A stretch of DNA of 64,000 bases from assembly GCF_009914755.1 (NCBI RefSeq), contig NC_060930.1, one strand, 5' to 3'. The notes under the pieces were generated by a model. It made no database searches and was not told the DNA's origin. It saw nothing but the letters and a program-made list of their open reading frames with translations. Origin of the DNA: the human T2T-CHM13v2.0 reference genome, Homo sapiens. Each line of letters starts with the position of its first letter. Positions within the stretch are counted from its first letter, which is position 1. Shown here in pieces: positions 51,680 through 64,000 of this stretch. The translations under genes were made by a program, and so were the position numbers.

Positions 51680-51908
51680 TTAGGAGCCAATGTAAAGTAA
51701 TGGGAAAGAATCAGGACATGGAGACAGACAATCCAGGACCAAATCATAGCTCTATCTATATATGTACTAATTAAATCATTCAACTCATTCATAACTTTAT
51801 TATTTTATTTTATAATGTTTATTGAATGTCTACTTTGTTCTAGTCACTGTGCAACATTCTAGTCTTAGTTTGTCATGTATAAAATAGGGAGAAATAACAC
51901 TACTTCAT
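51680..51908. mobile_element. MIR fragments with an embedded L2 3'-end fragment
   Basis: GGAGACAGACAATCCAGGACCAAATCATAGCTCT and GTATAAAATAGGGAGAAATAAC (MIR-like); TTTATTGAATGTCTACTTTGTTCTAGTCACTGTGC (L2-like). Confidence 0.5.
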
Positions 51909-52112
51909 TGTGGTAGATTGTGAAAATTACCACAAATTATTCCACTTTTTTTCAAGATCTTGCAATGCAAACTTGCAGCCTCTTCCATTAAGACATAAAG
52001 TTCATTTCTTCACTCATTAAACCTGGGCTGACACTGTGACTCATTTTGGTATATATACTGAAGCTGAAGTGAAACGTGTGTGAGTTCTGAACCTAGGTCA
52101 TAAGAGACTTTT
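51909..52112 (+). mobile_element. 5' part of an MLT1F/G/H-like LTR
   Basis: TGTGGTAGATTG...CCTGGGCTGACACTGTGACT...GTTCTGAACCTAGG. Confidence 0.6.
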
Positions 52113-52113
52113 C

Positions 52114-52337
52114 AGCCAGGCACAGTGGCTCATGCCTGTAATCCCAGCACTTTGGAAGGCCGAGGTGGGTGGATCACGAGGTCCAGAGTTCGAGACCAGC
52201 CTGACCAACGTGGTAAAAACCCGTCTCTACTAAAAATACAAAAGATTAGCTGGCTGTAGTGGCGCATGCCTGTAATCCCAGCTGCTCAGGAGGCTGAGGT
52301 GGGAGAATCGCTTGAAGCCAGGAGGCGGAGGTTGACA
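52114..52337 (+). mobile_element. Alu (AluSg-like), 3'-truncated, no tail
   Basis: AGCCAGGCACAGTGGCTCATGCC...GGATCACGAGGTC...GGAGGCGGAGGTTG, then unrelated sequence. Confidence 0.9.
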
Positions 52338-52506
52338 TTGTGAGAAAAAACTACAACATCTCTCAGGCCCAGCGCTTGATGTTAAATGAAAATTAAAAGA
52401 AGTTATAGTTTTTATTCTCTCAAATCTATTGTCTGTTGGCAAGATCCTATTTTATATGCCCAAAACCTAATATTAACTTTGTTTGTATTCTTTCTGAAAA
52501 ATTCTT

Positions 52507-52797
52507 TTCTTTTTTTTTTTTTTTTTTTTTTTTTTTGGCGGAGTCTCGCTCTGCTGCCCAGGCTGGAGTGGAGTGCAGTGGCGCGATCTTGGCTCACTGC
52601 AAGCTCTGCCCCCCGGGTTCACGCCATTCTCCCGTCTCAGCCTCCGGAGTAGCTGGGACTACAGGTGACCGCCACCACACCTGGCTAATTTTGCTTTTGT
52701 ATTTTTAGTAGAGATGGGGTTTCACCGTGTTAGCCAGGATGGTCTCCATCTCCTGACCTCGTGATCCACCCGCCTTGGCCTCCTACTGGGCCCGGCC
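52507..52797 (-). mobile_element. AluY with a ~30-bp deletion near its 5' end
   Basis: AluY diagnostics (CTGCAAGCTC, TTCACGCCATTCTCC, GTTAGCCAGGATGG); long poly(T); TSD AAAATTCTT (52498-52506 / 52798-52806). Confidence 0.93.
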
Positions 52798-54559
52798 AAA
52801 ATTCTTATTTTCAAAATATTATCCTGTTATAATCTCATGTTTTTACCCTATGGCATTTACCCATGTATTTAAGCATGTTAGATGCATGTACTGTTGTTTT
52901 TACTTCACCTGTCCCTTTCCATGTTTAGAAATCATCCTAGACATTCCTAAAAATGGTTTAAGTGTCACCTCCTCTGTGAAACCACTGCGAATTTAGAGGA
53001 ATTTTTAAGCCTTTTCTTTGTGATTCCAAGGCATTTTGATAGTATTACTTATAGTGCTTTTCATATTATAAATATTTGATTAATACTCTTTCCCTTTTGA
53101 AGAAGATCTACAGTTTATTTCACTTCTTTCCGTAAATCCATGTAGAGATCCATGATTATATGTTGAATATATGCCTGACAGCATGATTGCTTTTTCTAAG
53201 AATATGTTTTCCTTTTAAGTACTGGTACATTCCAAACTACAGGTTGATTGTCACTACTCAACTGAATGCTTTGGGAGAACAGAATCATTCATGCCAAGCA
53301 CTGATATTTTCCAAATTAGTCTGTGGAATAACCACTAGGTATAAGCTTTATTTTAGTTTTTTAGAATTGTTTTAATATACTCACCCATAATATTATTAGA
53401 TGAGAAAAAGAAGATTTAGGCATTATTTTAATTAACTTAGTGTTTAAGACTATTTAAAATAGTATTTAATTTAATATAACTGATTATGAATTTCCAAACT
53501 TTTGAATTCTGCTGTCTCAGAAGTGTTCATCTTATAGACTTCCCAGAATAAAATCTTTAAAACCACCACAAAGTTCAGTAAAGAAAAAAAAATTCTTACA
53601 TGGTTAAAACAATAGTTTAAGATATCATTACACTTTAACTTTTATTTCTGGAAAACAATCTTCAGAGCATTATCATTCATCTTAAGATTACTCATGTATG
53701 CATTCTTTGAAAATCTAACATCTTAACATGTATCCGCTGCCTTTTTTTTGCAAAGAGCCTCATTTTTCAAAAGTCACAATTAGAGGGCTTGCCAGCATTT
53801 TAACCTTGTGTTGGCTTCAATTCTCTTTGGAACAATGATCTCCCAGCCATAGTTACTACTTTCATCCTAGAAGCTCTCACTCATCCCATGAGGCTTTCTT
53901 CATTATTCCCAAGTTTAGCAACAGGGAAGCTGCAGTGTTCTCACAAAAAAAGTCCAAAAGTTGCTTAAAGAGTATAAGTAATATTTTCCATTTTTATTTA
54001 AATTTCTTTCTGATCCAGAGCCTTCCTTTTAGATTAAGACTAATTTCTTTGATGCTCATGGTTTTCAGATGATAAATCCCACAGTAACATTAGCATCTGA
54101 CACTCTGAAAAAGCTCCTATGGTGCATAAATTTTCATCAAACACTCTAAATATTTTGTGGTTCTTAATGTTATGCTATATTTGAGTCAAGGAGTCATGGG
54201 ATATATTTAAAAATCCAAATGACAGAGAAGTATATTGAATTGAAAAGTGATAGTTCTGCTGTACGTTCCAATCTATGCTGCAAATCCCCTTTTCCTTGCC
54301 AGAGATAACCTTGGTGCACTGTCTTCCTATGCCTGTCCTGTGTATCTCGCAGATGTATTTATTCATGTGGATGTCGCTTATTACGCACTGGATAATAGAA
54401 AGGATGAAACTCTTTATATCTGGGTCAATATCTGGCTTCCATTATATGTTGGATACTGAAGAAAATGAAGGAATACAAAGGCAAATTGCACTATTATCTC
54501 AGCCTCGGTTTCTTCCTCAGATCACATACACACTAGGAAACACAGTGCATACACACAGG

Positions 54560-54975
54560 CAGTTGTACTTAAATGATGTCATAATTTGCACACTGTTCTG
54601 CAACGTATTTTTGTTCTTACTACATCCTAGTTATTTTCTCATATCAGAACATTCCTCATCTTTCTTAACAAGGATCTCATAGCATAGACTTTTCATAATT
54701 TATGTAGCCATCACTGTATTGATAGGTGTTTACATTGTTTCTATTTTTTCTATTACAAAAATGTATTTGAAATTCATGTCTTTTTACATGCATGTTTTTA
54801 CATGTGTACAAATATTTCTGTAAGACAGATTTCACTAAGTAGAACCAAAAAGTGATACAATTTTTTGTTTTCAAAAGATACCACTAAATAACTCCAAAAA
54901 GACCATAACAATTACATTTCACACTATGAAATTCCAAGATTCCTCATACCCTCATCAGCACTTGATAGTAAATGA
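54560..54975 (-). mobile_element. Old L1 (L1MD/ME) 3' fragment
   Basis: ACTGTTCTGCAAC...TTGTTTCTATTTTTTCTATTACAAA...CCTCATCAGCACTTG, typical antisense L1M 3' region. Confidence 0.55.
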
Positions 54976-55159
54976 GAAATATTTATATTACATATAAATG
55001 AAAAAAATTAAAATATACACTTGTGTTTCTAGCTCCAATTAGAGAAGTAACATTTTCAAAGCCTATTTGCTACTGAAAATTTAAAAGCACACATGAACTT
55101 TAGCATAACAAACACATATCATTTTCTGATTAAATGGGGTTACATCTGTGTTTGTTGTA

Positions 55160-55630
55160 TTTGAGGATGAGCTCCTATAACAAAAAGGATCCAAAATACA
55201 GTGGCTTAACAAATGCAGAAATGAGTGTCTTTCTTGTGTAACAGAGCGGAAGTAAATAGCTCAGATGGGTGGGACAGATCAGCTATATGCAGTCATTCAG
55301 AGACAGATTCCATCTGAATAACTCAGACGGGTGGGACAGATCAGCTATATGCAGTCATTCAGAGATAGATTCCTGCAACCTAATTGCTCCCTCATCCTCT
55401 GGGATACAAATGAAGCTGGACCCCTGCCACATACAGAAAACATCTTAATGAGTTTTGCTGAATGTTTTAATTTCCAGACCCAGACACATCACTTCTGCTC
55501 ACATTCTATTAACCAGAACTTGTCCATCTAACTGCTAGAGAGGCTGAGAAATACAACCTAGTTCAGAGGTTTCGACTCAATCACAATTTTATTTTCATGG
55601 CAAAAGGGAAGAACAGATTTTGGTGGAACT
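55160..55630 (-). mobile_element. Old MLT1 (J/K/N-like) LTR containing a 62-bp-period tandem duplication
   Basis: ATACAGTGGCTTAAC...GTCATTCAGAGAC...CACATCACTTCTGCTCACATTCTATT...GGCTGAGAAAT. Confidence 0.55.
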
Positions 55631-58124
55631 CAGTCGCATTTACTACTGCCCCCAATGTCATAGTAATATTCAAATAACTGAACTAAATAAAAAAGATGGC
55701 ATTTCATAAAGGCAAATCCAGGAGAAGATAGAAATTGACATATTCAAAAGGCAATGTTTATATATATGAGCTTTAAATTACATAGAAATTTTCTTCCAAT
55801 AATATTTTTTAAAGTGTTTACAACTATTTGGTCCATCCTAGGTCATCTGAAGTAAGTAAGCATTTCTTCTTATCTGTGGAAATATTCTATAAATATTGCA
55901 ATGACTTAAAACGAAGTTCCCAAGATACCTCAAATTGTCATATTTCCTTCAGTTTGTATTAGTTTCATCTCATTACTTTAATCCTGGGCCACTTTTTAAA
56001 GGGCTAAACAAAAACAAATTTGTAACTACTTAACATTTTGAAAGTATACACAAGTAAGCCTAAGAAGAATTTAATGTCTAGAAATAAAATGCACCAAATG
56101 TATGCTCTACAGCAGGGGAAATCAATTCTAAAGCTGGGCCTGGGATAGAGAATAGAGGAGGCCAAAACCCTCTCTAGTTAGACTTAAGTCTGTACTAGAA
56201 GACATGCCTAACTCCTGTCTTGCTGGCACAATGAACACATTTAACTAAAGGCATACAACAAAGCCATTATTGTTTTCTGGAAGATGATAAGACCAACAGA
56301 ATAGTATAATGCCTTTTTTGGCACTGAGAGATGAAGTCAGAGAACTTTGGAACTCAAAAGGAGCAATAAAATGGCCATGTGAAAAGGACACTTTGGAAAT
56401 ACAGTAATGACAGAAATATAAGATGCATAAATGTGATCAAGATTTACTGGTAGAGATGTGCTTCTGAGGTGCTGTCACTCTCTGCCACACCTGGCAGCAG
56501 GATGTTAGATGAGATGGGAGCCCACAATTAAATACCAATAAAGGTAACTTCAGGACTTCAGCCTGTGGCCTGCTTCATTCTGACCTCATAAAGAAGGTAG
56601 TCTGTGAAATGTATGCATGAGCCAAGGACTGTGTAAAAGGTAATACAATGACTAAGTACTCAACAAAAAAACAGAGAGGAGCAGGTAGTTTATGACTAAC
56701 TTTACCAGATGGCTTCCTTAAGCGCAGTCATAAATAATAAGTGAATGTCACATAAAAAGAATCACAGGAAGAGAATGGATGGACAGCTTCTTTACCATAT
56801 GCCTTTTGCAAGATCCCTGATGGATTTAAATTCTGTTGGTTTTTTAGAGAAGTTGTTCATACCTCAATCCTGTGCCGTTCTTAGATTACACTGATCAGTC
56901 TCTTCTCTGCTCATAAACACCCCACATGCCCATGTTTGTTAACTAAAGATGTAATTTACTTCTGTTTTTAGCTTGGTACATTTTTTTTTTTTTTTTCTGA
57001 ACGTGTGTCTCTACAACTCCCTTTCACTTATCATTGTTCTGCTTTCAGTTGAGTCACTCAGTCATCGCTAAGGACTCATTAGCTGGTTAATGAGAAGCAC
57101 TGTATGGAGAGAAAACTGTGCGCCTGCCAACTGCCTGCCGAAGGACCTGGGCTTTAATTTTCTTGCCATTTCAATCCCAATCTTTCTTTAGGAGACTGAT
57201 GATAAGGTTCGGAGTGGACTCTTTGTTTGATGGCTTTCTAATATGGAGACAGTTCCAAGAGAGCCAGGATTAAATTGGCCAACTTCATGCACATGTGTGA
57301 CCCAACCCAAATTACAGTCCAGGTGGCTGGTGGTGAAAGCCAACTCATTAACCTACAGTGACACCTGTTCATCTGACACACCTTTCCTGAGCTCAAAAGG
57401 TCTATTTCTTTTGAAATATTTATGGCTCTGAAACTAAAGGTCATTCCATTCTTGTCTTTAACTTCACATGATGGTTAAAACAGACACTTAAAATAATAAA
57501 ATCACCTTTAAAGGCAGAGAAGAAACATACAAAGAAGTGTCCTTTCTGTCAGGACAGAAAGAAAATAAAATGTGCATATAGCATCCTGAAAGAAAAATCT
57601 TAACCCAATTTTAAGTGGGAGTTTTATTCAAATATCCAAATGACAGTTTCTATGGCACATCTTCAATTTGTTCATAGTAACCAAATTGAACATATTGCCT
57701 TATTCTGTTATGTGTATGTATGTCCTCTTGGCTGCCAAACTCTGGAGAGCTCAAAACAAGTGTGCAAGCAAAACTGAAAGAGGTTAATATCACAAGAGAA
57801 CCTGCCACTTATAAAGGTCTTCTCTGTGTTGATTCTCAGAGACATGTTAATGGTCAATTTAATAAAAATAATTTAGTAATTTTTTGCCTGACACTTTAGA
57901 TTTAATTTTTTAATTAAAATAACATATAATAAACAGACAAAGATTTTGTCATTTTAGATAAAGTTAGTAACTTTGGCTTTGGTTTTCCTTCTGGTTCCTC
58001 AGTGCTTTTTTGCAGTGTTTACCTATCTGTGGTCTCATGTCTTTCCCATTAATTCATTGAAATTGCTGTCATCATGTTTGTTATTAAATTCAAGTGACAT
58101 TTCTCAGTTCTTAACCTATTTGAC

Positions 58125-58400
58125 CTCTTATTTATCCAGCCAAAAAATATATACCAAATAGCTACTAAGTGCCAGGCACTGCATTTAGATGATAGGAATA
58201 AATGCTGAAGTAGACATATAAAGTCCCTACAGTTGTGGCATTTACAGTGGAATAGGAGAGCTTAATATTAAACAGTTACATAAACAATTATTCAATTACA
58301 ATATGATTAATGATACAAAGAACAAATATAGCGTGCAATAAGAGCATATAAATGAAAAATATAATTTAGTTGGATATGTCAGGGAAATGTCCCTGAGAAA
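58125..58400 (-). mobile_element. L2 3' fragment
   Basis: CTACTAAGTGCCAGGCACTGC...AAGTCCCTAC...GTCAGGGAAATGTCCCTGAGAA. Confidence 0.6.
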
Positions 58401-60030
58401 AAGACAGCTAACCTTAATATTAAAACTTATTTACTCAAAAATAAGTGTGCGAAACTGTATAGTTAACTTATCTTCAATTCAGTCAATCTAAAACATCAAC
58501 TAAATAATGTATTCACAGATATACCACACAATGACAGTTAGTGTTCGTAATGATAATCTTGGATGAGAAAAGAGCCTACAGGGTCTTTTAGATCATCACA
58601 GTTAAATTATACTTGGCTAATATAGTTTGAATATTTAGTACAATTTCATGTTCAAAACTTCTGAAACACTTTTATTCACATGTAGACCATATAATACTTA
58701 TATTATAGTAGACCATCCTATTTCACAATCAAATTATACAACAGTATACTAAATTATCATATCAGTTTTTTGTTTCTTTAATAGTTGCTAATATATGTGT
58801 ATAGTTGTGAACATACCTGTATATGTGTATGTGATATGTATATATATCAACTGTATAGTTAAAACACCACATGTATAGAAGAGACCATCTGACTAGTATT
58901 TAAGCTTAGCCATGAGAATGGAATTTGGAAGATGAAGAATGTGACCTGGAGGAAAGAAGAAAATGATTACAGAGGGGCATTTGAGAGTGAGAGGATAGAG
59001 AAGAGAGAAAGAGGTTGAGGAAAGAAGATATCAGAGTCCCCTCACTGCCCTCCCCATTAACACACTCAAGGCTAAGCTAGTGAGGGGAGAGTATCTTTGG
59101 GATACTGGACAAAATATGGAATTCCAAGAACCAGGAAGCTTTTGTCTTATTCTAAAAGGATATAACTTGCAGGCTGTCTCCAGATCAATTGAGTGGTAGA
59201 TCCATATTACAAATAAACATGATAGCAGAGTGTGATTAGGCAGAAGAAGGTGCATCTCAGCACCTCCTTCTGTGTAATGTGGAAATGAGCAGCTATTGTA
59301 GTGGGAATGAGCAACTCCACAGTAAAGGCATTAGGCTGTGCCATCTGGGCAGTGGATGACAGAGATATCAGTGTGTGGCTGGGGTCTGAAGCCTGTTCAG
59401 GGTCAAGATGAGCCTAAGTCATCCAGAAAGGCTGATGAAATCAGCAAAAGTCAGCCAGACAAAGGGCACTGTCAAGGCCATCATATGGCTCTAAGCATCC
59501 CTTTTCCCACCTCCTCAAGAGCACCAAGAAAGACACCAACATCCATTGCCAATTTCCTTCTCCTTGCCAGTAGGGAGGCTGAAAAAAAACAGATACTCTC
59601 TTTCTATTAATATATCTTCCTTATAGAGTAGGATGGATATTTGGCTAAGTATTGATCAATAAGATAAAGTGGAATTTGCTGGGTGGTGGGCGGGGGTCCT
59701 TTGTGTAATAATTTTGTGTCTTGATAAAGTAGGAATATGGCTGGGACCATCCCTGACTCTCTTTTTTCCTTGAATGTGAACACATGAGTGAAGCATACAT
59801 CCATTGTCCATGGGGCAAGAAACATGAGGATGAAAAGCCAATATGTTAAGGACATGAAGTGAAAAGCGGGAAGAGCTTCTTATTCATGTTATCACTGAGC
59901 AGGTAAGTTAACAGTAACAGCTGCTTATATTTGGATTTTTTTGGTAAGGCAAAACAAACTCTTATTTGTTTAGGTCACTAAGCAAGTTTTCTATACTTTA
60001 GCCTTTTACTTTTTCACCACAAATTTCATT

Positions 60031-60154
60031 TATTTATTTATATATTTTTTAACTGTAGGAATGGGGTCTCTTCATGTTGCCCAGGCTAGTTTCAAACTCC
60101 CGGCTTAAGGAATCCTCCTGCTGCATACTCCCGAAATGCTGGGATTACAGGCTA
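60031..60154 (-). mobile_element. Alu monomer (FLAM_C-like), 5'-truncated
   Basis: ATGGGGTCTC...TGTTGCCCAGGCTAG...GCTGGGATTACAGGC; 18-bp TSD TTCACCACAAATT(T/G)CATT (60013-60030 / 60155-60172). Confidence 0.88.
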
Positions 60155-62985
60155 TTCACCACAAATTGCATTGAGTGTCCATGTGATAGTTAATGTGAGT
60201 TTACTGAGGGTCCATCTAACAGATAGTTGTATAAGATCCCATATGTTCAGATATCTGAAAGATGAACGTGTCTACTGGAGTCATCTAAGCCAAGACTTAG
60301 TTACATAACACTGATTGAACCAAGTTTAAAATTTAAAACTTATTTTTCCCCTCTATCTAGTATTAGAAGTCAAAGTAAAGAAATTACATATTTCACTACT
60401 CTCTAGATTATGATATGGGTAAATTGGTGACCTAATTACAAAATCTTTAAAAGCTACAATTTTTAGTTAGCTAGAAAATAGTGTTTTTGTGGGGAGAGGA
60501 GTTGAAATGGAGGAAAATGATTTCAGGAAGGTTAAGTGGCAGCCAGATTGTGAAGAAACTTGTATGCCAAGATTTAAAAACGGACTTTGACTTGTAGATG
60601 TTTGGAAGTCACGGAAGAGTTTAAAATAGGAGATTAATATAAAATTAATATTTAAGAAAATTGCTTTGGAATCTATGGGGAAGGAAGAATGGAAGAGAAA
60701 TAGAAAGATAAAAATGAAACTTTTAAGAGGCTAATGTAAACATGTTACGCCATGCCAGGAATATAATTCTTGATACTTATTAAAATAATTTAACCTGTAG
60801 TTCTGGTTTGCCTAACATTATCAACATAATAATAGCAGACACAGATGACAAAAAATAAAGATTTAAGTCTATTTAAAATGATTTTAATATAGTCAAAGTA
60901 TTTTCTAATAACTCATCTCTTATATTAGTCAAAAGCACGCAACTGTTAAATTCGTGTGAAATTGCATATAGTGTCTTCATCCCAGCAGGTGCACAATAAC
61001 TGCTTACTGACTGATGAGCTGAATTGAATTCAACAACTTATTACTAAATGCCTACTGCATATGTGCATTTACAAACAATTTTTAAAATGTCTTGCATATA
61101 GATATGGCCACCATAACACCTAGTTTTTCTGAGAGTAAATAATATCGTCAAATTTTGTGTTTTATTATTTACATAAACACAGTTATACTTGTCAAATCAT
61201 GTCTCAATTTTTGTTTCAGAAATGTTAGTGCATATTCTTATGTTGCAATATAACCTAACAAATATGAACAATTATTAACACTACCTACATTTTTCTTTCC
61301 TTCCTGATACAGAATTTTTTAAGAGAATGAGATGGCCTCAAATTCTCAAGGTTGTGGCTGTCTATAGAAATGAATTGCCTAAAACAATCTTTTGAGTCTT
61401 CTAAACTGTAAGGTACATTTGAAAGTATTATCCACCCTTAGTATGAGGCAAACACTTCCTTGCCTCTTGTTTATATCTACCTTGGCACTAAAAATGATTC
61501 TTATCCTGTTTGGCTCTATCTTTCTGACTGGGCTACAGTGTTCACCCCTTTGCCTGGCACATCCCATTGACTTTGCAGTTAGTAGGACAAGGAACTCTTG
61601 TGCTTTCAGTATACAGGACTGAAGAAATTTTGTACTCATTTTTTTATCCTCTATGTGCCAAGGTTAAATATTTAACTACCTGTACATCATCAAAAAATAT
61701 ATCAAACCATTGCTTCAGATAGATCTGGGTTTGTTTTTGCTATCAGTTTTCTTTTCTAAAGGAAAAGACCCACAAGGATTCACTTACAAGCCAGGGTAAG
61801 ACTGTTGGTGAGTGCTGGTTCCCACAGCTGAGTGAGACTCAATTGAAAGAAGCCAGGAAGAATGACTTACAAGGCAGAGGTCAGGAGAACTAATCACAAC
61901 TGTAAATATATCTGTATCTATTATTATTTTAAGGATATTTCAACACTCCATAGAATGCGTAACCTGGTGTGGCTGATTTTAAGGAGAATATACCTAAAGT
62001 ATCATAAGATGCAGAGACTTGTAGCAGATACATCTTAATAGCAGAGACTATAGAATGAGCCTTGAACCTACCCTTATCTGCTCCTGGCAACATTTAGAGA
62101 TGTCGAGAGGAGGTCCACAAAATGAAACATATTAATATTTCATTTTCCTTTGACAAAATATACTCTTTAAAATTTTATACACATTCATTTTATTATTCCC
62201 CCAGCAAACCTGCCATGTTAAACTGTTAGGTTTAACTGTTAGGACCTAGTAGGTGCACATAAGTGAATAAATAAATACCATAGGCCATCTCTGTGCTGGA
62301 TTACTCAAGGGAGCAAAGGTCTGGAAAATCAAATGCTCAGGAGAATGTTCAGGAAACAGGGAGCAGTACAATACAGCTGATGTGTAAGGTATACAGAGAG
62401 CCAAGGAATGAGATTTGTTTGGAAAAATGGATTATGTAAAATTTCATTGGCTATAGGCCTTATTGGCTGTAATTACAACAAAAAGCTAAGGTGCTCTAGG
62501 AGTGAAAATAATTTCCGGAATTAGTGGCATGATAAGTGATTGTCAAATCCAGTGTAAGTTAAAGGATCACTATCCATAGAGATTAAAGCAGTTTAGATGG
62601 ATCATTAGTTATACAACTGCCAGAGAAGTTGACTTAACTGCTCATATTTGAAACTGTGTACGCATGAGAGTGGTTAGTTCTACAGCCAGGCACGTGGGCA
62701 TTGTCTGATGTAGTGGGATAATTGGACTGCTCCAGCACATCCCTTCTTGAGAAGGTACAGAACACATTTTACATGGTTTCACGTGTTTATAAAGCTGCAT
62801 GTTGGCACAAAGACAGCAGACCTGCTCCACTTAGGAGAACTGCTCAGTCCAATAGTCAGGACTCAGCTGGGCCCTTGGAGCATGGAGCACGAACTCGGTA
62901 ATGAGGGGCAGCCTGCCCAGTCTCAGAAGGCCCATTACCTCCTACTCCAGTAATAAGCAGGTACAGAGTGGGAGGAAGGGGCAAG

Positions 62986-63418
62986 TGTAAGAGTTAAAGA
63001 AAGAGGAAAGAAACACGAAAAGTGGTTCAACAGTCAAAGACAGGTTTATTTTGGAGAATAAACCTGAGAGGGGCTTCTGGACAATTTTTTTTTTTTTTTT
63101 TTTTTTTGGTCAGGAGCATTCTCTCTTACAGACTAAGAGTATTTAGCGGATCTGGGTGGGAAAATTTATCACAGGCTTGTAATGTTTCTGTGTGGAAGTG
63201 AAGTTTATTGCATGGTTGGAATGTCTGTGGTCGAGGAGGGGTTTATCTTATGGTTGGAATGTTTCTGGTTGGAGATGTCATTTGTGCTTTATGGTCAAGC
63301 TGACCTTAGACATTAGGCTAATGCCCTCTGGATTTAGGCAGTTTTTAGGCAGTTTTTAATCAAGGTGAACTTTAAAATGGCAGTGCTTGTCCAAGATGGC
63401 AATGCTCCTGCTCTATCA
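62986..63418 (-). mobile_element. ERV1 solo LTR (LTR19-like, subfamily tentative)
   Basis: TG...CA termini (minus strand TGATAGAGCAGGAGCATTGCCATCTTGG...CTCTTACA); AATAAA; perfect TSD GCAAG (62981-62985 / 63419-63423). Confidence 0.85.
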
Positions 63419-63499
63419 GCAAGAGTGATGAAGCTTGGGACCTTGGGCGAGGATATTTTTAAGTGCTAAATAATAAAAACTAGTTTTTTTCTGGGTATG

Positions 63500-63655
63500 A
63501 TGAACTGTGTAGTACAGTTGAAAGTCCAATCCAGAATCATCTTCCTGGCCCTTTTGTGCCACCATTTTCTTATCTGCCAAATGAGGGCAATAATTCCTGC
63601 CTTATTATATACTGTTACTGTGAGGATCAGATGCATGATGTATGTGAAAGAAGTG
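63500..63655 (+). mobile_element. MIR fragment
   Basis: TTTTCTTATCTGCCAAATGAGGGCAATAAT...GTTACTGTGAGGATCAGATG...TATGTGAAAG. Confidence 0.65.
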
Positions 63656-63689
63656 GATACTATTTATTTTTTGCTACCTTTTTTTGTAT

Positions 63690-64000
63690 TTTGCCTTTTT
63701 AAAAACAGCTTTGAGTATACAAGCATGCAATAAATGCAATAATGCATGATAAGCATGCAATAAACTGCACGTTAGAGGTGTACAATTTGAAATTCTTGAC
63801 AAATATATACAGTTATATATATATATACATATATACAGTTTATATATACTATTTATATATATATAACCACAATGTAGATATATACACATTATAGTTAACA
63901 AAGCATCACCACAATTAAGATAATGAGCATATTCATCATGTCCCTAAATTTCTTATGCCTAGCTCTCCTGCCTAACCCTTTTGTCCCAAGGAATCCATGG
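63690..64000 (-). mobile_element. L1MB/MC 3' end with (TA)n-rich expansion
   Basis: AAACAGCTTTGAGTA...AATAAACTGCAC...TGTACAATTTG...CATCACCACAATTAAGATA. Confidence 0.65.

Noticed and set aside
53243-53338. Possible plus-strand exon (CTACAG|...CTAG|GTATAA) with one open frame
   Set aside because: Weak splice sites, unrecognised peptide and no partner exons.
56863-56942. Possible minus-strand exon
   Set aside because: Weak acceptor and stops in all three frames.
61100-61230. Possible hAT-type DNA transposon remnant
   Set aside because: Terminal inverted repeats and TSD could not be established by eye.
63718-63764. Repeated ATGCAATAA units
   Set aside because: Local slippage in an L1 3' end; no repeat-spacer (CRISPR-like) organisation.

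Overview
This is primate (very likely human or ape) genomic DNA, about 80% transposon-derived, with no intact protein-coding gene, RNA gene or CRISPR array. Almost all listed ORFs are broken retroelement reading frames or chance ORFs. Main parts: (1) a near-complete HERV-L provirus with MLT2A1 LTRs (429-7619) abutting an MLT1C-like LTR. (2) A full-length THE1C element (11144-13303). (3) An old, apparently full-length minus-strand L1MA-type element stretched over ~13944-39840 by nested insertions: three large L1s, two Alus, an internally deleted MST LTR, a THE1D element and a 51-bp micro-L1. (4) A heavily decayed retroelement pol remnant (RNase H plus integrase motifs) at ~41015-42020 that the ORF track misses. 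(5) An L1PA7/8-like element inside an L1MC-type element (44241-50110). (6) A repeat-poorer end with Alus, L2/MIR/MLT1 fragments and an ERV1 solo LTR. The most unusual observations are an L1 ORF2 fragment inside HERV-L gag between 126-bp direct repeats, the decayed RNase H/integrase remnant, a nested two-armed palindrome at 50667-50761, a tail-less full-length L1 and the micro-L1. Subfamily names come from recalled consensus sequences and need RepeatMasker/Dfam confirmation. I found no convincing new functional system, only unusual transposition and repair products.
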